From an uncultured Christensenellaceae bacterium (GTDB lineage: Bacteria > Bacillota > Clostridia > Christensenellales > UBA3700): DNA of 64,000 bases. The stretch is from the NCBI GenBank assembly GCA_944381365.1, contig CALWKW010000002.1, positions 257,952-321,951 on the forward strand, written 5' to 3'. The first letter of the stretch is position 1; each line of letters opens with the position of its first letter. A program made the position numbers and the translations under genes. Below the pieces are notes generated by a model. The model saw only the letters and a program-made list of their open reading frames with translations, made no database searches and was not told where the DNA came from. Below, piece after piece: positions 32,722 to 42,412 of the stretch.

Positions 32722-33900
32722 ATGCCACATTACGATAAAAATCATTATGTGCAATGTAGATTATTAAGAAGTTTTGCACAACAAAATAAAAACGGCAATG
32801 ATGTAATATGTGTTTTAAATCTTATTAATTTTTCAGCGTATTATGCAAAACCTGAAAATGCCTTTTGTGAAAATAATTTATATGATGTCGAATTTGCCGA
32901 TAATAACAAAGATTTAGAACTCAAATTCAAAGCCAACATAGAAGATCCAATGGGCACTTTACTTAATAAGATTGACAATGATAGTGCCCCGACTTTTACT
33001 TTTACACGTGCCGAATTAGAAACAATTAAAAAATATATTTTGCTTCAAATTTACAGAACACCACACAATAAAAAATCTTATACCAATATACCGGACAATA
33101 CTTTTGAGTTAAGCCAATTTAACATAAATCAAAAAGAAAGCAAAGTGGATTTTTGGAAGCGTGAAATGCTTACAATACTTGATTCTGATTGGGATTCTTT
33201 GTTGAAAACCGATATGATCGGCATTCGTAAAAATGCTTTGGAAATCAACTCTTCTTTTTTGATGTTTATAAAAACAGCAGATGAATTCTGCATAAATGAT
33301 TTAGGCTATTGCACAGAAAGACTACCAATAAAAATTCCAGAAGATCAACAAGATGATTTTATAAAAACTGCCCAAATAATCGGACAGGAGTTGTACGGTA
33401 AAGACAATTTCGATGAAATAGCCAAAAAAGAAATAGCAGATGAAAGTAGCTATATTGATAATTATATTCTTTTTCCAATATCATCAAACATTGCAATACT
33501 CGTGGTTTCCCCGTTATGGAAACAATATTTATTGCATCCGGAATTAAGACATAAAGGAATACCGTTCCACTCGCTACTGCTCCAAAATCATTTAAGTATA
33601 CCAATGACAACTTATAAGAATGCAGATAAAATTAAAAACGATGCGGACATTGTCACATATAAAAGTCCTGAGGATCAATACACTTATCAATTACATACAA
33701 TGTCGTGCGAAGAAACCGTTTATTTGAATCACCTGACAATAAATGAGGCATTTTGTTACATTGGTCTAAAAACTCCAGATAAGTTTTTAAAAACAATCAG
33801 AGAATATAATTCTTTAGCTTCTATGCAAACACAAAACATTAAGAAAAATTTATTAGGATATGTGGAACTGCTTTCAAAATTAAGTAAAACCAATCATTGA
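32722..33900 (+). CDS. DUF4238-like protein (defence-island-associated family; function unknown)
   Basis: 392 aa, very low GC. N-terminal 'KNHYVQCRLLRSFA' resembles the DUF4238 'HYVPQFYLRxF' start. Confidence 0.4.
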   Translation: MPHYDKNHYVQCRLLRSFAQQNKNGNDVICVLNLINFSAYYAKPENAFCENNLYDVEFADNNKDLELKFKANIEDPMGTLLNKIDNDSAPTFTFTRAELETIKKYILLQIYRTPHNKKSYTNIPDNTFELSQFNINQKESKVDFWKREMLTILDSDWDSLLKTDMIGIRKNALEINSSFLMFIKTADEFCINDLGYCTERLPIKIPEDQQDDFIKTAQIIGQELYGKDNFDEIAKKEIADESSYIDNYILFPISSNIAILVVSPLWKQYLLHPELRHKGIPFHSLLLQNHLSIPMTTYKNADKIKNDADIVTYKSPEDQYTYQLHTMSCEETVYLNHLTINEAFCYIGLKTPDKFLKTIREYNSLASMQTQNIKKNLLGYVELLSKLSKTNH

Positions 33901-33912
33901 AATAAATAAGCT

Positions 33913-34189
33913 CTCCAAATTTTGCCGTTTCGTAGTGGCTAGCGTAGCACAGATTTCGCTGAAGTCAATGCGAAAAAATATCACTTAAAATTTAATATAT
34001 TGCTTTACCGAAGCCGGGAAGAATTTTCTTCTCGGCTTTTTTATTGTTAAAAATCGTATCGACTATAAGGCAATATTTTTTCGGTGCTCATTGACTTCGG
34101 ATTATCTCACAATAAGCAAACAGACCTATGCCCAATCGGTGCTACTTTGCCTCTGCCGAAAAGGCAAAATAAATTTGGAGGTAAATCCT
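33913..34189 (+). repeat. Conserved non-coding leader, copy B (homologous to 7939..8217)
   Basis: 33913-33990 differs at 5 of 78 positions from 7939-8016. Conserved hairpin AAGCCGGGAAGAATTTTCTTCTCGGCTTTTTT. Conserved block before the RBS. Confidence 0.8.
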
Positions 34190-34453
34190 ATGGAAAACAA
34201 AGTTTCCCAATTTAATGAATTCAAAAGATACTATCTCTCTGAATTCGAAATCTTCGATGGCGAAGAATTCATTACTTTCAATATTGTAGGCATTGACACT
34301 GCAAGAAAGCAAGCTCAGATAGCCGTAACAGACAGAGGTAAAATAAGCGTTATCACTTATGACCTTATGCAAGATAAAGACGGCAATCTGTATTTTGAAT
34401 ACGGCTGTACTTATCAGAAAGTATGGCTCGATGACTTTATGGAGGTAGCGTAA
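34190..34453 (+). CDS. Small conserved hypothetical protein (module B gene 1)
   Basis: ATG 34190 after GGAGG. 87 aa. Paralog of 8218..8481. Confidence 0.7.
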   Translation: MENKVSQFNEFKRYYLSEFEIFDGEEFITFNIVGIDTARKQAQIAVTDRGKISVITYDLMQDKDGNLYFEYGCTYQKVWLDDFMEVA

Positions 34454-34866
34454 TGAAACTTATCCTTGCAAATATCAAAGAAGTCAAAAGAAATACAGAA
34501 AACAAACTTACCAAAAGAGTTTGCAATTATGTAATGTCGAGGTGGAGCGACTACGATGACAAAAAACATATCTTCACCGATGTACTTAACTATGGCTGTC
34601 AATCAGGCGTTGTAGGAGAACTTATATACTACTCTGACACAGTACGCTTTTATAAACAATACAAAGATGAAATCAACAGCCTTTTGTATGACACAATGAA
34701 CGGAACAGGACTTTATGCTCCGTCAGAATTATTCGGAGATAAGTGGGATAAAGAAGATCCGCTTGCTCAGGGTACATACAATCAAAACTTACTTGCTTGG
34801 TTCGGATTTGAAGAAACTCTAAGAAATATCGGCTACAACTTCGAACAATTAGAAAATTACATTTAA
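34453..34866 (+). CDS. Conserved hypothetical protein (module B gene 2)
   Basis: 137 aa. Paralog of 8481..8894. Confidence 0.7.
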   Translation: MKLILANIKEVKRNTENKLTKRVCNYVMSRWSDYDDKKHIFTDVLNYGCQSGVVGELIYYSDTVRFYKQYKDEINSLLYDTMNGTGLYAPSELFGDKWDKEDPLAQGTYNQNLLAWFGFEETLRNIGYNFEQLENYI

Positions 34867-34879
34867 GGAGGACAGAATT

Positions 34880-35290
34880 ATGAAAACTACTATTACTAAA
34901 AAACAAAAAGCAATCGAACTTATGAAAAAGTTGGACATATACAAACCCTACATCAAAGGCTTTGAAGAAAAAGACAAAGTATGTTTCTTCGAGCAATTCG
35001 GAGGTTTTTGGATAGAACAAGAACCCGAACTCTATAAGAAAATGCAAGAGATTGAAAAAGAACATAAATGCAAAGTATATGCCGTAACACACGAATACAC
35101 AGAGTTTGGCGAACTCTATGACTTTCTTATCGTAACAGACTATCCCGAAGAGTGGGACACACTCATATACAGCAAAGGCAACAAACATACAGCTTTTGCC
35201 TATGTATGGAACAAAGACTGCGATTGGTTTTCAGAATTCGGCAGCATTACCCTACACAGCTTTGGTGGCGGTATTAAAAGAATTGCTTAA
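34880..35290 (+). CDS. Conserved hypothetical protein (module B gene 3)
   Basis: 136 aa. Paralog of 8907..9317. Confidence 0.7.
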   Translation: MKTTITKKQKAIELMKKLDIYKPYIKGFEEKDKVCFFEQFGGFWIEQEPELYKKMQEIEKEHKCKVYAVTHEYTEFGELYDFLIVTDYPEEWDTLIYSKGNKHTAFAYVWNKDCDWFSEFGSITLHSFGGGIKRIA

Positions 35291-35304
35291 ACGGAGGATA
35301 ATCT

Positions 35305-35679
35305 ATGGCAAAACTTCAAGAACTCAAAAAATATATCGACTATGAATTCTCCACAGGTATTTATACGGGAGAAGATTATAAGGCTTTCCAAACTAAGTAT
35401 ATCAACTACTTAAAAGCAATGTGCAAAGACAATCATTGGCAACTTGTAAATGTAGGCAAGAACCATTATTGTTTCTCTGCTTTTATCAAAAGCTCACATA
35501 ACAAGTATGTCTACATATCAATAAGCGATGTCAGATATTTTTCTAATGAATGGTACAGACATATACTTGTTCGTACTGCAAAAAACGAAGTAGATTACCG
35601 AGGCGGATTTAACAACTATACTACGCTTGAAAGATTAGCTAGCAAAGTTGCCGAACTGCTCGAAGATGTACCATTTTAA
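35305..35679 (+). CDS. Conserved hypothetical protein (module B gene 4)
   Basis: 124 aa. Paralog of 10049..10423. Confidence 0.7.
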   Translation: MAKLQELKKYIDYEFSTGIYTGEDYKAFQTKYINYLKAMCKDNHWQLVNVGKNHYCFSAFIKSSHNKYVYISISDVRYFSNEWYRHILVRTAKNEVDYRGGFNNYTTLERLASKVAELLEDVPF

Positions 35680-35689
35680 GGAGGCTATT

Positions 35690-36313
35690 ATGAAACTTAA
35701 TCTCGAAGCTAAAACAAAAGAACAAGAACTCGTAAAACAATATCTCGAACATAATGTAAGCCAAACTCTTGCCGATAAAATCAATAACGGTACACCATTC
35801 GAAAAAGACGGCAAGATATTAATCAACAAAAAGACGCTTGACAGCTTTATGAAATACGCATCTGACGAGGCAAGGAAACTTGCCTCCAAAGGTGCTAATT
35901 GTGCGTGTGTCGAAGATAAAGTCGTATTCGGTTGGGCTATCCACTATTTTGAAGAAGACAGTATCGAAGGAACTCTTTACAATGAGGACGGTACAGAATA
36001 CAAACCTGCACCGAAATACACGCCTGCTAAAGTAAAGAAAGCCGAACTAGAAAAACCCAAACAACAGCAAGTTTCCTTATTTGACTTTATGGACTCTGAA
36101 CAAAAAGAAGACTTAAAGACAGACAATACTTCCGAAAACGATGACGAATACGAGGAAATGACAGAAGAAGAAATGCGTGAGTTTGACGGAGATATTGACG
36201 AACCGATGAGTTTGTTAGATAAGATTGAAGACGATTTGCAAAACAATACATCAGATAGCAATATCTTGTCTTCATTAAAACGCATATTCGAAAACAATAT
36301 TATTGTGAGGTAA
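35690..36313 (+). CDS. PcfK-like/AcrIIA9-family-like protein with an acidic C-terminal half (short form, lacking the MutS-I-like insert)
   Basis: Start at MKLNLEAKTKEQ (ATG 35690 after AAGGAGG). The N-terminal ~115 aa and the C-terminal 'EEMREFDGDI.EP' are shared with 10695..11693. Confidence 0.55.
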   Translation: MKLNLEAKTKEQELVKQYLEHNVSQTLADKINNGTPFEKDGKILINKKTLDSFMKYASDEARKLASKGANCACVEDKVVFGWAIHYFEEDSIEGTLYNEDGTEYKPAPKYTPAKVKKAELEKPKQQQVSLFDFMDSEQKEDLKTDNTSENDDEYEEMTEEEMREFDGDIDEPMSLLDKIEDDLQNNTSDSNILSSLKRIFENNIIVR

Positions 36314-36318
36314 CTACT

Positions 36319-37641
36319 ATGACAGAAAAAGATATTAGACCTATACCAAAATACATATTGAAACTAATACAAAAAATAGATAAGTTAAATTACCCTATGC
36401 CTGACGGACATGTCAGATTTTATTCTTATCTCACATCAAAGAAAGGCGAACTTATTAAAGTTACGGTAGCCGTAAAACACCGCTATAAAAATTGGTATTG
36501 CAAGCAAGTAGCTATACACGGATTACATTCAGAAAACTGCTATGTAAAAGACTTGGAATATTGCGGAATGGTAGGTATGGGATTTAGAGTCGGCTGGCAC
36601 GACGAAGGATTGCAGAAATACCGTAATTGGTTTGAAAGCAAAGATTGGTGCTATGCACAAGATAAATATTACGATCCCTATGCTCCGCTAATTAATAGAG
36701 AATATATATCTCGCTTTAAGGAATTCAAATACAGTGCTTACGAGCTTTACTATGGTAACGATATATTTAAGTACCTAAGACTTTATGAGCAATACCCTCA
36801 AATGGAAATGCTTATGAAATTCGGCTTTACCAGAATTGCACAAAGTAAAACAATACTAAAGCTAACAGGCAAAGACAGAAGCTTTTGCAAGTGGCTCATT
36901 AATCATAAAGAACAACTGCAATCTAAGTTCTACTATAACGATGTGATTGTAAAGGCATATAAGACAAACAGACCAGTAGATAAATTGCAATCATATAAAA
37001 GTGCTAAACTTCAGTTGCAGCACGATAGCAACCTATCTCAAATTAAAGAACTATTCAAAGGCAAAGAATTAGAACGCTTTTTCGATTATATCTCTTTTCA
37101 AGATACAAATCCGCATACTTTTTTAGACTATGTTAAAGCCTGTCAATATCTCGGTTTGGATATGTCAATAGACAAAAACCGCTTCCCTCATAATTTCAAA
37201 CGCTGGCACGATATACGAATTGACGAATATGCTACCAAAAAAGCTTTGGAAGATGCAGAAAAGAAAAAGGAACTCTATGCCAAGTTTGCATATGTAGCCG
37301 AAAAGTATATGTCCCTAGAAAAACAAAACAGCAGACAATACATAGCCATCATTGCTCAATCCCCTGCCGATTTGATAAACGAAGGCGAAGTGCTTCATCA
37401 CTGCGTAGGACGAATGAACTATGACCAAAGATTTATTAGAGAAGAAAGCCTTATCTTCTTTATACGCAATAAGCAAACCCCGGATATTCCTTTCGTTACC
37501 ATTGAATACTCTCTTAAAACAAGAAAAGTATTGCAATGCTACGGTGACCACGATAGCAAACCTAGTGAAGACATACTCCACTATGTCAATAAAATTTGGC
37601 TACCCTATGCCAACAAAACACTTAAGAAAATACCATCATGA
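36319..37641 (+). CDS. PcfJ-like protein
   Basis: 440 aa. Paralog of 11698..13017 ('EGEVLHHCVGRMNYDQRFIREESLIFFIR'). Confidence 0.6.
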   Translation: MTEKDIRPIPKYILKLIQKIDKLNYPMPDGHVRFYSYLTSKKGELIKVTVAVKHRYKNWYCKQVAIHGLHSENCYVKDLEYCGMVGMGFRVGWHDEGLQKYRNWFESKDWCYAQDKYYDPYAPLINREYISRFKEFKYSAYELYYGNDIFKYLRLYEQYPQMEMLMKFGFTRIAQSKTILKLTGKDRSFCKWLINHKEQLQSKFYYNDVIVKAYKTNRPVDKLQSYKSAKLQLQHDSNLSQIKELFKGKELERFFDYISFQDTNPHTFLDYVKACQYLGLDMSIDKNRFPHNFKRWHDIRIDEYATKKALEDAEKKKELYAKFAYVAEKYMSLEKQNSRQYIAIIAQSPADLINEGEVLHHCVGRMNYDQRFIREESLIFFIRNKQTPDIPFVTIEYSLKTRKVLQCYGDHDSKPSEDILHYVNKIWLPYANKTLKKIPS

Positions 37642-37656
37642 AAGGAGAATACAACT

Positions 37657-37941
37657 ATGCAAGACTATTTTAGAATTACTGCTTACCACCCTACTGAAAA
37701 CATATCCGTTATTATGGACTCATACGGCAGATTTGAAAAACTTTGGCAATTCAGCTCATATATAGTGTCCAAAGGCTTTAAAATAATTGCAGTCGGAGGA
37801 GAAGATAAATTTGATTTTGGAGATATGCCAAAAGTTGAATATAATACAAATCAAATTTATCTTAGAGCTTGTCAACAAGATGAAGTAAAAGTTTATAGCA
37901 ACTCTATTACAGTACAAGACAATATTTATCGCTTAAAATAA
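37657..37941 (+). CDS. Small conserved hypothetical protein (module B last gene)
   Basis: 94 aa. Paralog of 13031..13315. Confidence 0.65.
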   Translation: MQDYFRITAYHPTENISVIMDSYGRFEKLWQFSSYIVSKGFKIIAVGGEDKFDFGDMPKVEYNTNQIYLRACQQDEVKVYSNSITVQDNIYRLK

Positions 37942-37947
37942 TAATAT

Positions 37948-37975
37948 AAAAAGCCGCAACAAAGCGGCTCTTTAT
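37948..37975. terminator. Terminator hairpin between convergent genes
   Basis: AGCCGC-AACAAA-GCGGCT followed by a T-rich run. Confidence 0.65.
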
Positions 37976-37993
37976 TGACTTTATTAAATATAT

Positions 37994-40861
37994 TTATCGT
38001 ATAATGTCGATAGGTTTACGCTTTGAAACAAAATAGCTTCCTATTAATGACACTAACAATGTAACAGCAAAAGATACCAGCAATATCAACAATATCTGTC
38101 TGATGCCAAACACCGATATGGGAATTAAAATACCTAGTTCATTACTTACCATTGAATTTATTAATAAACCTGCGATACCGCTTAATATCGATGATATAGG
38201 GAATATAATGGCAAAAAGAATAGCCCCTTCACACAAAACAATGTAAAATATATCCCTCGATGTCGCACCGATAGCTCTCAGAACCCCTATTTCTTTTTTT
38301 CTTGCCATGATAGAGTTTATCAAATAGTTTGCAAACATTATAGATGCAAAAATACCTATTCCCAAAGAAATATAATAGAATATTTTTTTCATAATATCCA
38401 TTGTGCCTTTGAGAAAATCTGCCTGTTCCATAATGCTATTTGACGTATAAATTCCTTCATACGCATTATCAAAATATTCAGTTATCGCTTTGACTATGTC
38501 AGATTGATTTTGTGAATCAATTTTTATTATTCCTACTCTTGCGTCGAGATGATTCGACTCCAAAATTGCCTTATCGTGTTCATATGCTACCATATTAACA
38601 AATGCTTTATTTTCCTCATCTACATAATATTCACCAGGATAGGACGAAAACTCTTTTTTTGTAACCCCTGTAGCTTCGCTCGGTATATATACACCAACAA
38701 TTTTAGCATCTATTTGGCTGCCGTCATCTAGTTTAATTTTTATGGCATTAAATTTATCTGCAATATTATAACTATTGATAAGCGACATGTTTGCCTGGGC
38801 AATTATCTGCAGTCCGCTTTTTCCTAAAGGATTATCCAAATAGCCACTTTCTATATCGTTACTGATTGCTATCGATGACAGATAATAAGCAACTGCCATT
38901 GCCAAATCCTCATCGCCATTTGTGTAATTTTGAATAATTTTCGATATATTCTCATCTTCCTTGTAAAGCTGAGCATTTTCAACAGCATATTCATAAATTT
39001 TTGACAATGAATATGCTTTGAATAGCTTGCTGTTTATACTATTAAAATTTTCACTTACCAAAGACAACTTACCAGATATATTTTGTACATATGTCAAATT
39101 CATTTCTCTACCGATACTAGATGATATCCCTGGTATATTAGTCATATTTCCCAATAAAGATGATATGTCCAAATACGAAATTATAGCTTCGTTGTCAGAT
39201 AAAGATGTCTTTTCTTCTCCTATCCACAGAATACTGGTATTACTTTTTCGGAATGTTTCAAAATCAGCAACAAAAGTATTTTTTTTGCTCGTTACCAGTT
39301 CATTCAAAATAGGCATCTCAAACTCATAACTGCTATGCGAAGGCACTCCATAATCAAAATCACTCATTTGCATAAGAGAATTAATATATTCTATACCGCC
39401 TTTGTGCAAGTATAATATAGAATGCCCGTCGGGATTAATATCTCCCACATCGCTTTTATAACCGTTATATTCTTCCGAAAGCGGGTCAATGCTTGCATTC
39501 CTTTCGTAATCGTAACCACTGTCAATAATACCTACAACTGTAAATTTGTTTTCCCAATCCAAAGTGATAGTTTTACCTAAAATACCATTTTCTTCATTTG
39601 TAGGCTCTATCATACTCCCGTCAATATAGATATCGTCAGTCTTATATGCTCCCGCCTTAAAACTTCTATATATATGATATGATATAGCTATTTCGCCATT
39701 TTCCTCAGGATATCTTCCCGCATAAAGTTTAAGTCCTAATTCATCTGCTACCATATCATCGATTTCGACATAGCCGTCTGCATACTTACTATAACAACCG
39801 TAACTTGATTCATTTTCCCTAATTGGCAAATATCTTTCATTTATAAGCACACCCACTTGATTTTTTTTGTATAATAAAGTGTAATTATCCCCCAAAGAAT
39901 AATCTGCATCTGCAAAATTCACCAAGTATTTATCTTCTGAATTAACAATTGCTGTGTATGTATTTTCTACAGAATCCCAAGCCGCCAAGCTATCAGCAAT
40001 TCCAAACAGCCCAAAGCAAACAATACATAGCAGTAAAGTGATAGCTAGCCGAATTTTTTTACTTTTAAGACTGTATGTCGACATCTTTACTACCGCCTTT
40101 GGCGATAATGAATACCTTTTAAAGGTTTTTGGAATTCTATCTTGTTCTTCATTAACATTCACGCTTTCTTCAATATCTTTCGCTACAGTTTCTTTTAAGC
40201 ATTTATCCTCAATTATAGTACCGTCAGCAAGCCTGATTATTCTATCCGCAAAAGAATTAGCAAAACCTTCATCATGCGAAACAACTAGCACCAAGCTGTT
40301 TCTTGATATTTCCTTAAGCAACTCCAATATTGAGCGACCTGTTTTTGCATCGAGCGCACCTGTTGGCTCATCGGCAAGTATTATTTTAGGATTTTTTATC
40401 AATGCTCTTGCAATAGCTACTCTTTGTTTTTGTCCGCCTGAAAGTTCGTTAATTTTCCTCTTAGAAAACGTCGACATATTAACTGCCGCCAAAACTTCTT
40501 CAATTTTGCTCTCTTGACTTTGGTGTTGTAAATTTTGTGCAAGCATTATATTTTCGCCCACATTAAAATTATCCAGCAAATTAAATTCCTGAAAAATAAA
40601 ACCTATGTCCGTATTCCTAAATTTGTCGAGTTTTATTTGACTTATATTTTGAATATCCACTCCATCGACTATTATTTGTCCGCTATCGGCTCTTTCTATC
40701 CCGCCAATAATATTTAGAAGTGTGCTTTTTCCTGCTCCGCTTTCACCAAGTAGAAACACAAGCCCTTTTGATGGTAAATCGCATGAAATATTATTGATAG
40801 CTAAAACACTTTCTTTTGATTTTGAAACATATTGTTTTGTTAGATTTTTAATTTGTATCAT
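37994..40861 (-). CDS. Fused ABC transporter: N-terminal ATPase plus large extracytoplasmic region plus FtsX/MacB-type permease
   Basis: Start at MIQIKNL (ATG 40861 after GGAGGA). Walker A 'GESGAGKS', signature 'LSGGQKQR', Walker B 'ILADEPTGALD'. C-terminal 'RKKEIGVLRAIGATSRDI' FtsX-like motif with TM helices. Confidence 0.8.
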   Translation of the reverse strand: MIQIKNLTKQYVSKSKESVLAINNISCDLPSKGLVFLLGESGAGKSTLLNIIGGIERADSGQIIVDGVDIQNISQIKLDKFRNTDIGFIFQEFNLLDNFNVGENIMLAQNLQHQSQESKIEEVLAAVNMSTFSKRKINELSGGQKQRVAIARALIKNPKIILADEPTGALDAKTGRSILELLKEISRNSLVLVVSHDEGFANSFADRIIRLADGTIIEDKCLKETVAKDIEESVNVNEEQDRIPKTFKRYSLSPKAVVKMSTYSLKSKKIRLAITLLLCIVCFGLFGIADSLAAWDSVENTYTAIVNSEDKYLVNFADADYSLGDNYTLLYKKNQVGVLINERYLPIRENESSYGCYSKYADGYVEIDDMVADELGLKLYAGRYPEENGEIAISYHIYRSFKAGAYKTDDIYIDGSMIEPTNEENGILGKTITLDWENKFTVVGIIDSGYDYERNASIDPLSEEYNGYKSDVGDINPDGHSILYLHKGGIEYINSLMQMSDFDYGVPSHSSYEFEMPILNELVTSKKNTFVADFETFRKSNTSILWIGEEKTSLSDNEAIISYLDISSLLGNMTNIPGISSSIGREMNLTYVQNISGKLSLVSENFNSINSKLFKAYSLSKIYEYAVENAQLYKEDENISKIIQNYTNGDEDLAMAVAYYLSSIAISNDIESGYLDNPLGKSGLQIIAQANMSLINSYNIADKFNAIKIKLDDGSQIDAKIVGVYIPSEATGVTKKEFSSYPGEYYVDEENKAFVNMVAYEHDKAILESNHLDARVGIIKIDSQNQSDIVKAITEYFDNAYEGIYTSNSIMEQADFLKGTMDIMKKIFYYISLGIGIFASIMFANYLINSIMARKKEIGVLRAIGATSRDIFYIVLCEGAILFAIIFPISSILSGIAGLLINSMVSNELGILIPISVFGIRQILLILLVSFAVTLLVSLIGSYFVSKRKPIDIIR

Positions 40862-40918
40862 GTAATCCTCCACATCCCTGGCAAACTACTGTATTGTATT
40901 TGCCAGGGATTATATGAT

Positions 40919-42412
40919 TTAGGTTCTATCTCTACCCTCTACGCCGTCAGCACCTTTTTCGCCGTTTGCGCCAGAAGCATGACGATCCCCGCCTAATAAA
41001 GTTTTACCGCCAAGGCCGCCTTCTCCACCTTCGCCGCCTTCGCCTTTATATCCAATCACACCTTTTGTTCCGTTAGATGTGGAGCAGTTAACGATTGCCC
41101 CTGTAAGATAAACAGCTGAACCGCCTTCGCCGCCCGAACCGCCATTGCCACCAGTACCGCCAGTGCCACCTTTACCGCCAACTGTTCCATAGACAAATAG
41201 TGTTCCGTCTCGGCCTTCACCGCCTTTGCCGCCCTGACCGCCATTGCCACCAGTACCGCCAGTGCCACCTTTACCGCCAACTGTTCCATAGACAAATAGT
41301 GTTCCGTCTCGGCCTTCACCGCCTTTGCCGCCCTGACCTCCTTTACCACCTTGGCCGCCAGCGCCACCATTACCGCCATAAATACTGAATTTAGTGGAAA
41401 TTTCAGTCTGCTCTAAATAACTATTAATACAATATGAATTATTAACCACTTTTATAGCATTATATATACCAATGCCGCCCTTACCTCCTGAACCTCCTGT
41501 TATTCCAGTATTACCAGTGTAACCTTGTAATCCGGGCTTATCTTTTTGTGTTTGTTTTTCTGGAACCGAAATCATTTTTGCGGCTTCTGCCGGCTGTTTG
41601 CCATTCGAGCCATTTCCTCCTCGAACTATTAGTTGTTTCATGTTATTTGTTACATAACCAGTAGCGCTAATGCCGTATCCACCTTGTAACCCATGAATAC
41701 CATTTGTGCCAATATTATTTGCCCCAGCGATACTTAAATTTCCTTCTCCGTAAAAAATAATTTCCTGACAATTAATTACGCTTGTTAAAGTACTGGAACT
41801 AATATTCCCACCCGTCAAAGTATTTGTACCATTAGAAATAATATTTAGTTTATTACACTCGTCTGCCACTAATAAAGTAGAATTAGACTTGCTAATCATT
41901 TTTGAATTTTTAAAAATGATAGTTAAAGATCTACTTCTTTGTTCCACATTTATGTTTACAGTTCTTTGTATATTATTAGTAGTAAACATTACTTGATCAA
42001 CATTACTCTTAATACTAAAACTCACGTTACCTTTGATCGTGAATATTGAATAATCAAGAGTAATGTTATAAACAGAACTTGAAGTGTTTGCAATTACTTC
42101 GTTTGCATACCACCTAGCATTAAGTTTATAATTCCCGTGTGAACCTTTTTGAATTACATTAATTATTTGTCCACTTCCATCTTCCCATCCAAGGAACTTA
42201 TATCCTAATTTTTGAGGGATGGGCAAAACAACAGAATTTTCAATTGTATAATTCCTAATTAGGTTTTGACAATTCTCGTAATTTTCATATGTGATTTCAT
42301 ATTCAATTATATTCCACATAGCTTGAATTGTTATGTCATAAGTATAAAGGAATTGAATATTTTCATCCATCATCACTCCTTCATAATACCATCCTAAAAA
42401 CTCATAGCCCAA
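40919..42412 (-). CDS. Repeat protein: Listeria-Bacteroides-type (Flg_new-like) repeats, a beta-helix-like middle, and a Gly-rich C-terminal repeat region. Lacks a signal peptide, so it is probably N-terminally truncated.
   Basis: Begins mid-repeat ('GYEFLGWYYEG', then 'GYKFLGWEDGSG'). C-terminal 'GGKGGTGGTGGNGGQGGKGGEGRDGTLFVYGTV' occurs twice exactly. Its start overlaps the end of the truncated hsdM. Confidence 0.5.
   Translation of the reverse strand: MGYEFLGWYYEGVMMDENIQFLYTYDITIQAMWNIIEYEITYENYENCQNLIRNYTIENSVVLPIPQKLGYKFLGWEDGSGQIINVIQKGSHGNYKLNARWYANEVIANTSSSVYNITLDYSIFTIKGNVSFSIKSNVDQVMFTTNNIQRTVNINVEQRSRSLTIIFKNSKMISKSNSTLLVADECNKLNIISNGTNTLTGGNISSSTLTSVINCQEIIFYGEGNLSIAGANNIGTNGIHGLQGGYGISATGYVTNNMKQLIVRGGNGSNGKQPAEAAKMISVPEKQTQKDKPGLQGYTGNTGITGGSGGKGGIGIYNAIKVVNNSYCINSYLEQTEISTKFSIYGGNGGAGGQGGKGGQGGKGGEGRDGTLFVYGTVGGKGGTGGTGGNGGQGGKGGEGRDGTLFVYGTVGGKGGTGGTGGNGGSGGEGGSAVYLTGAIVNCSTSNGTKGVIGYKGEGGEGGEGGLGGKTLLGGDRHASGANGEKGADGVEGRDRT
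41141..41338. repeat. Perfect tandem duplication, 2 x 99 bp (33 codons), inside the Gly-rich gene
   Basis: 41141-41239 and 41240-41338 are identical base for base by direct reading. Confidence 0.9.

Noticed and set aside
41056-41388. Alternative-frame ORFs (41056..41379 minus, 41200..41388 plus) and possible CRISPR-like periodicity in the Gly-rich region.
   Set aside because: The periodicity is a 99-bp coding tandem repeat with no unique spacers, so it is not a CRISPR array. The alternative frames are by-products of the GGN-rich repeat.
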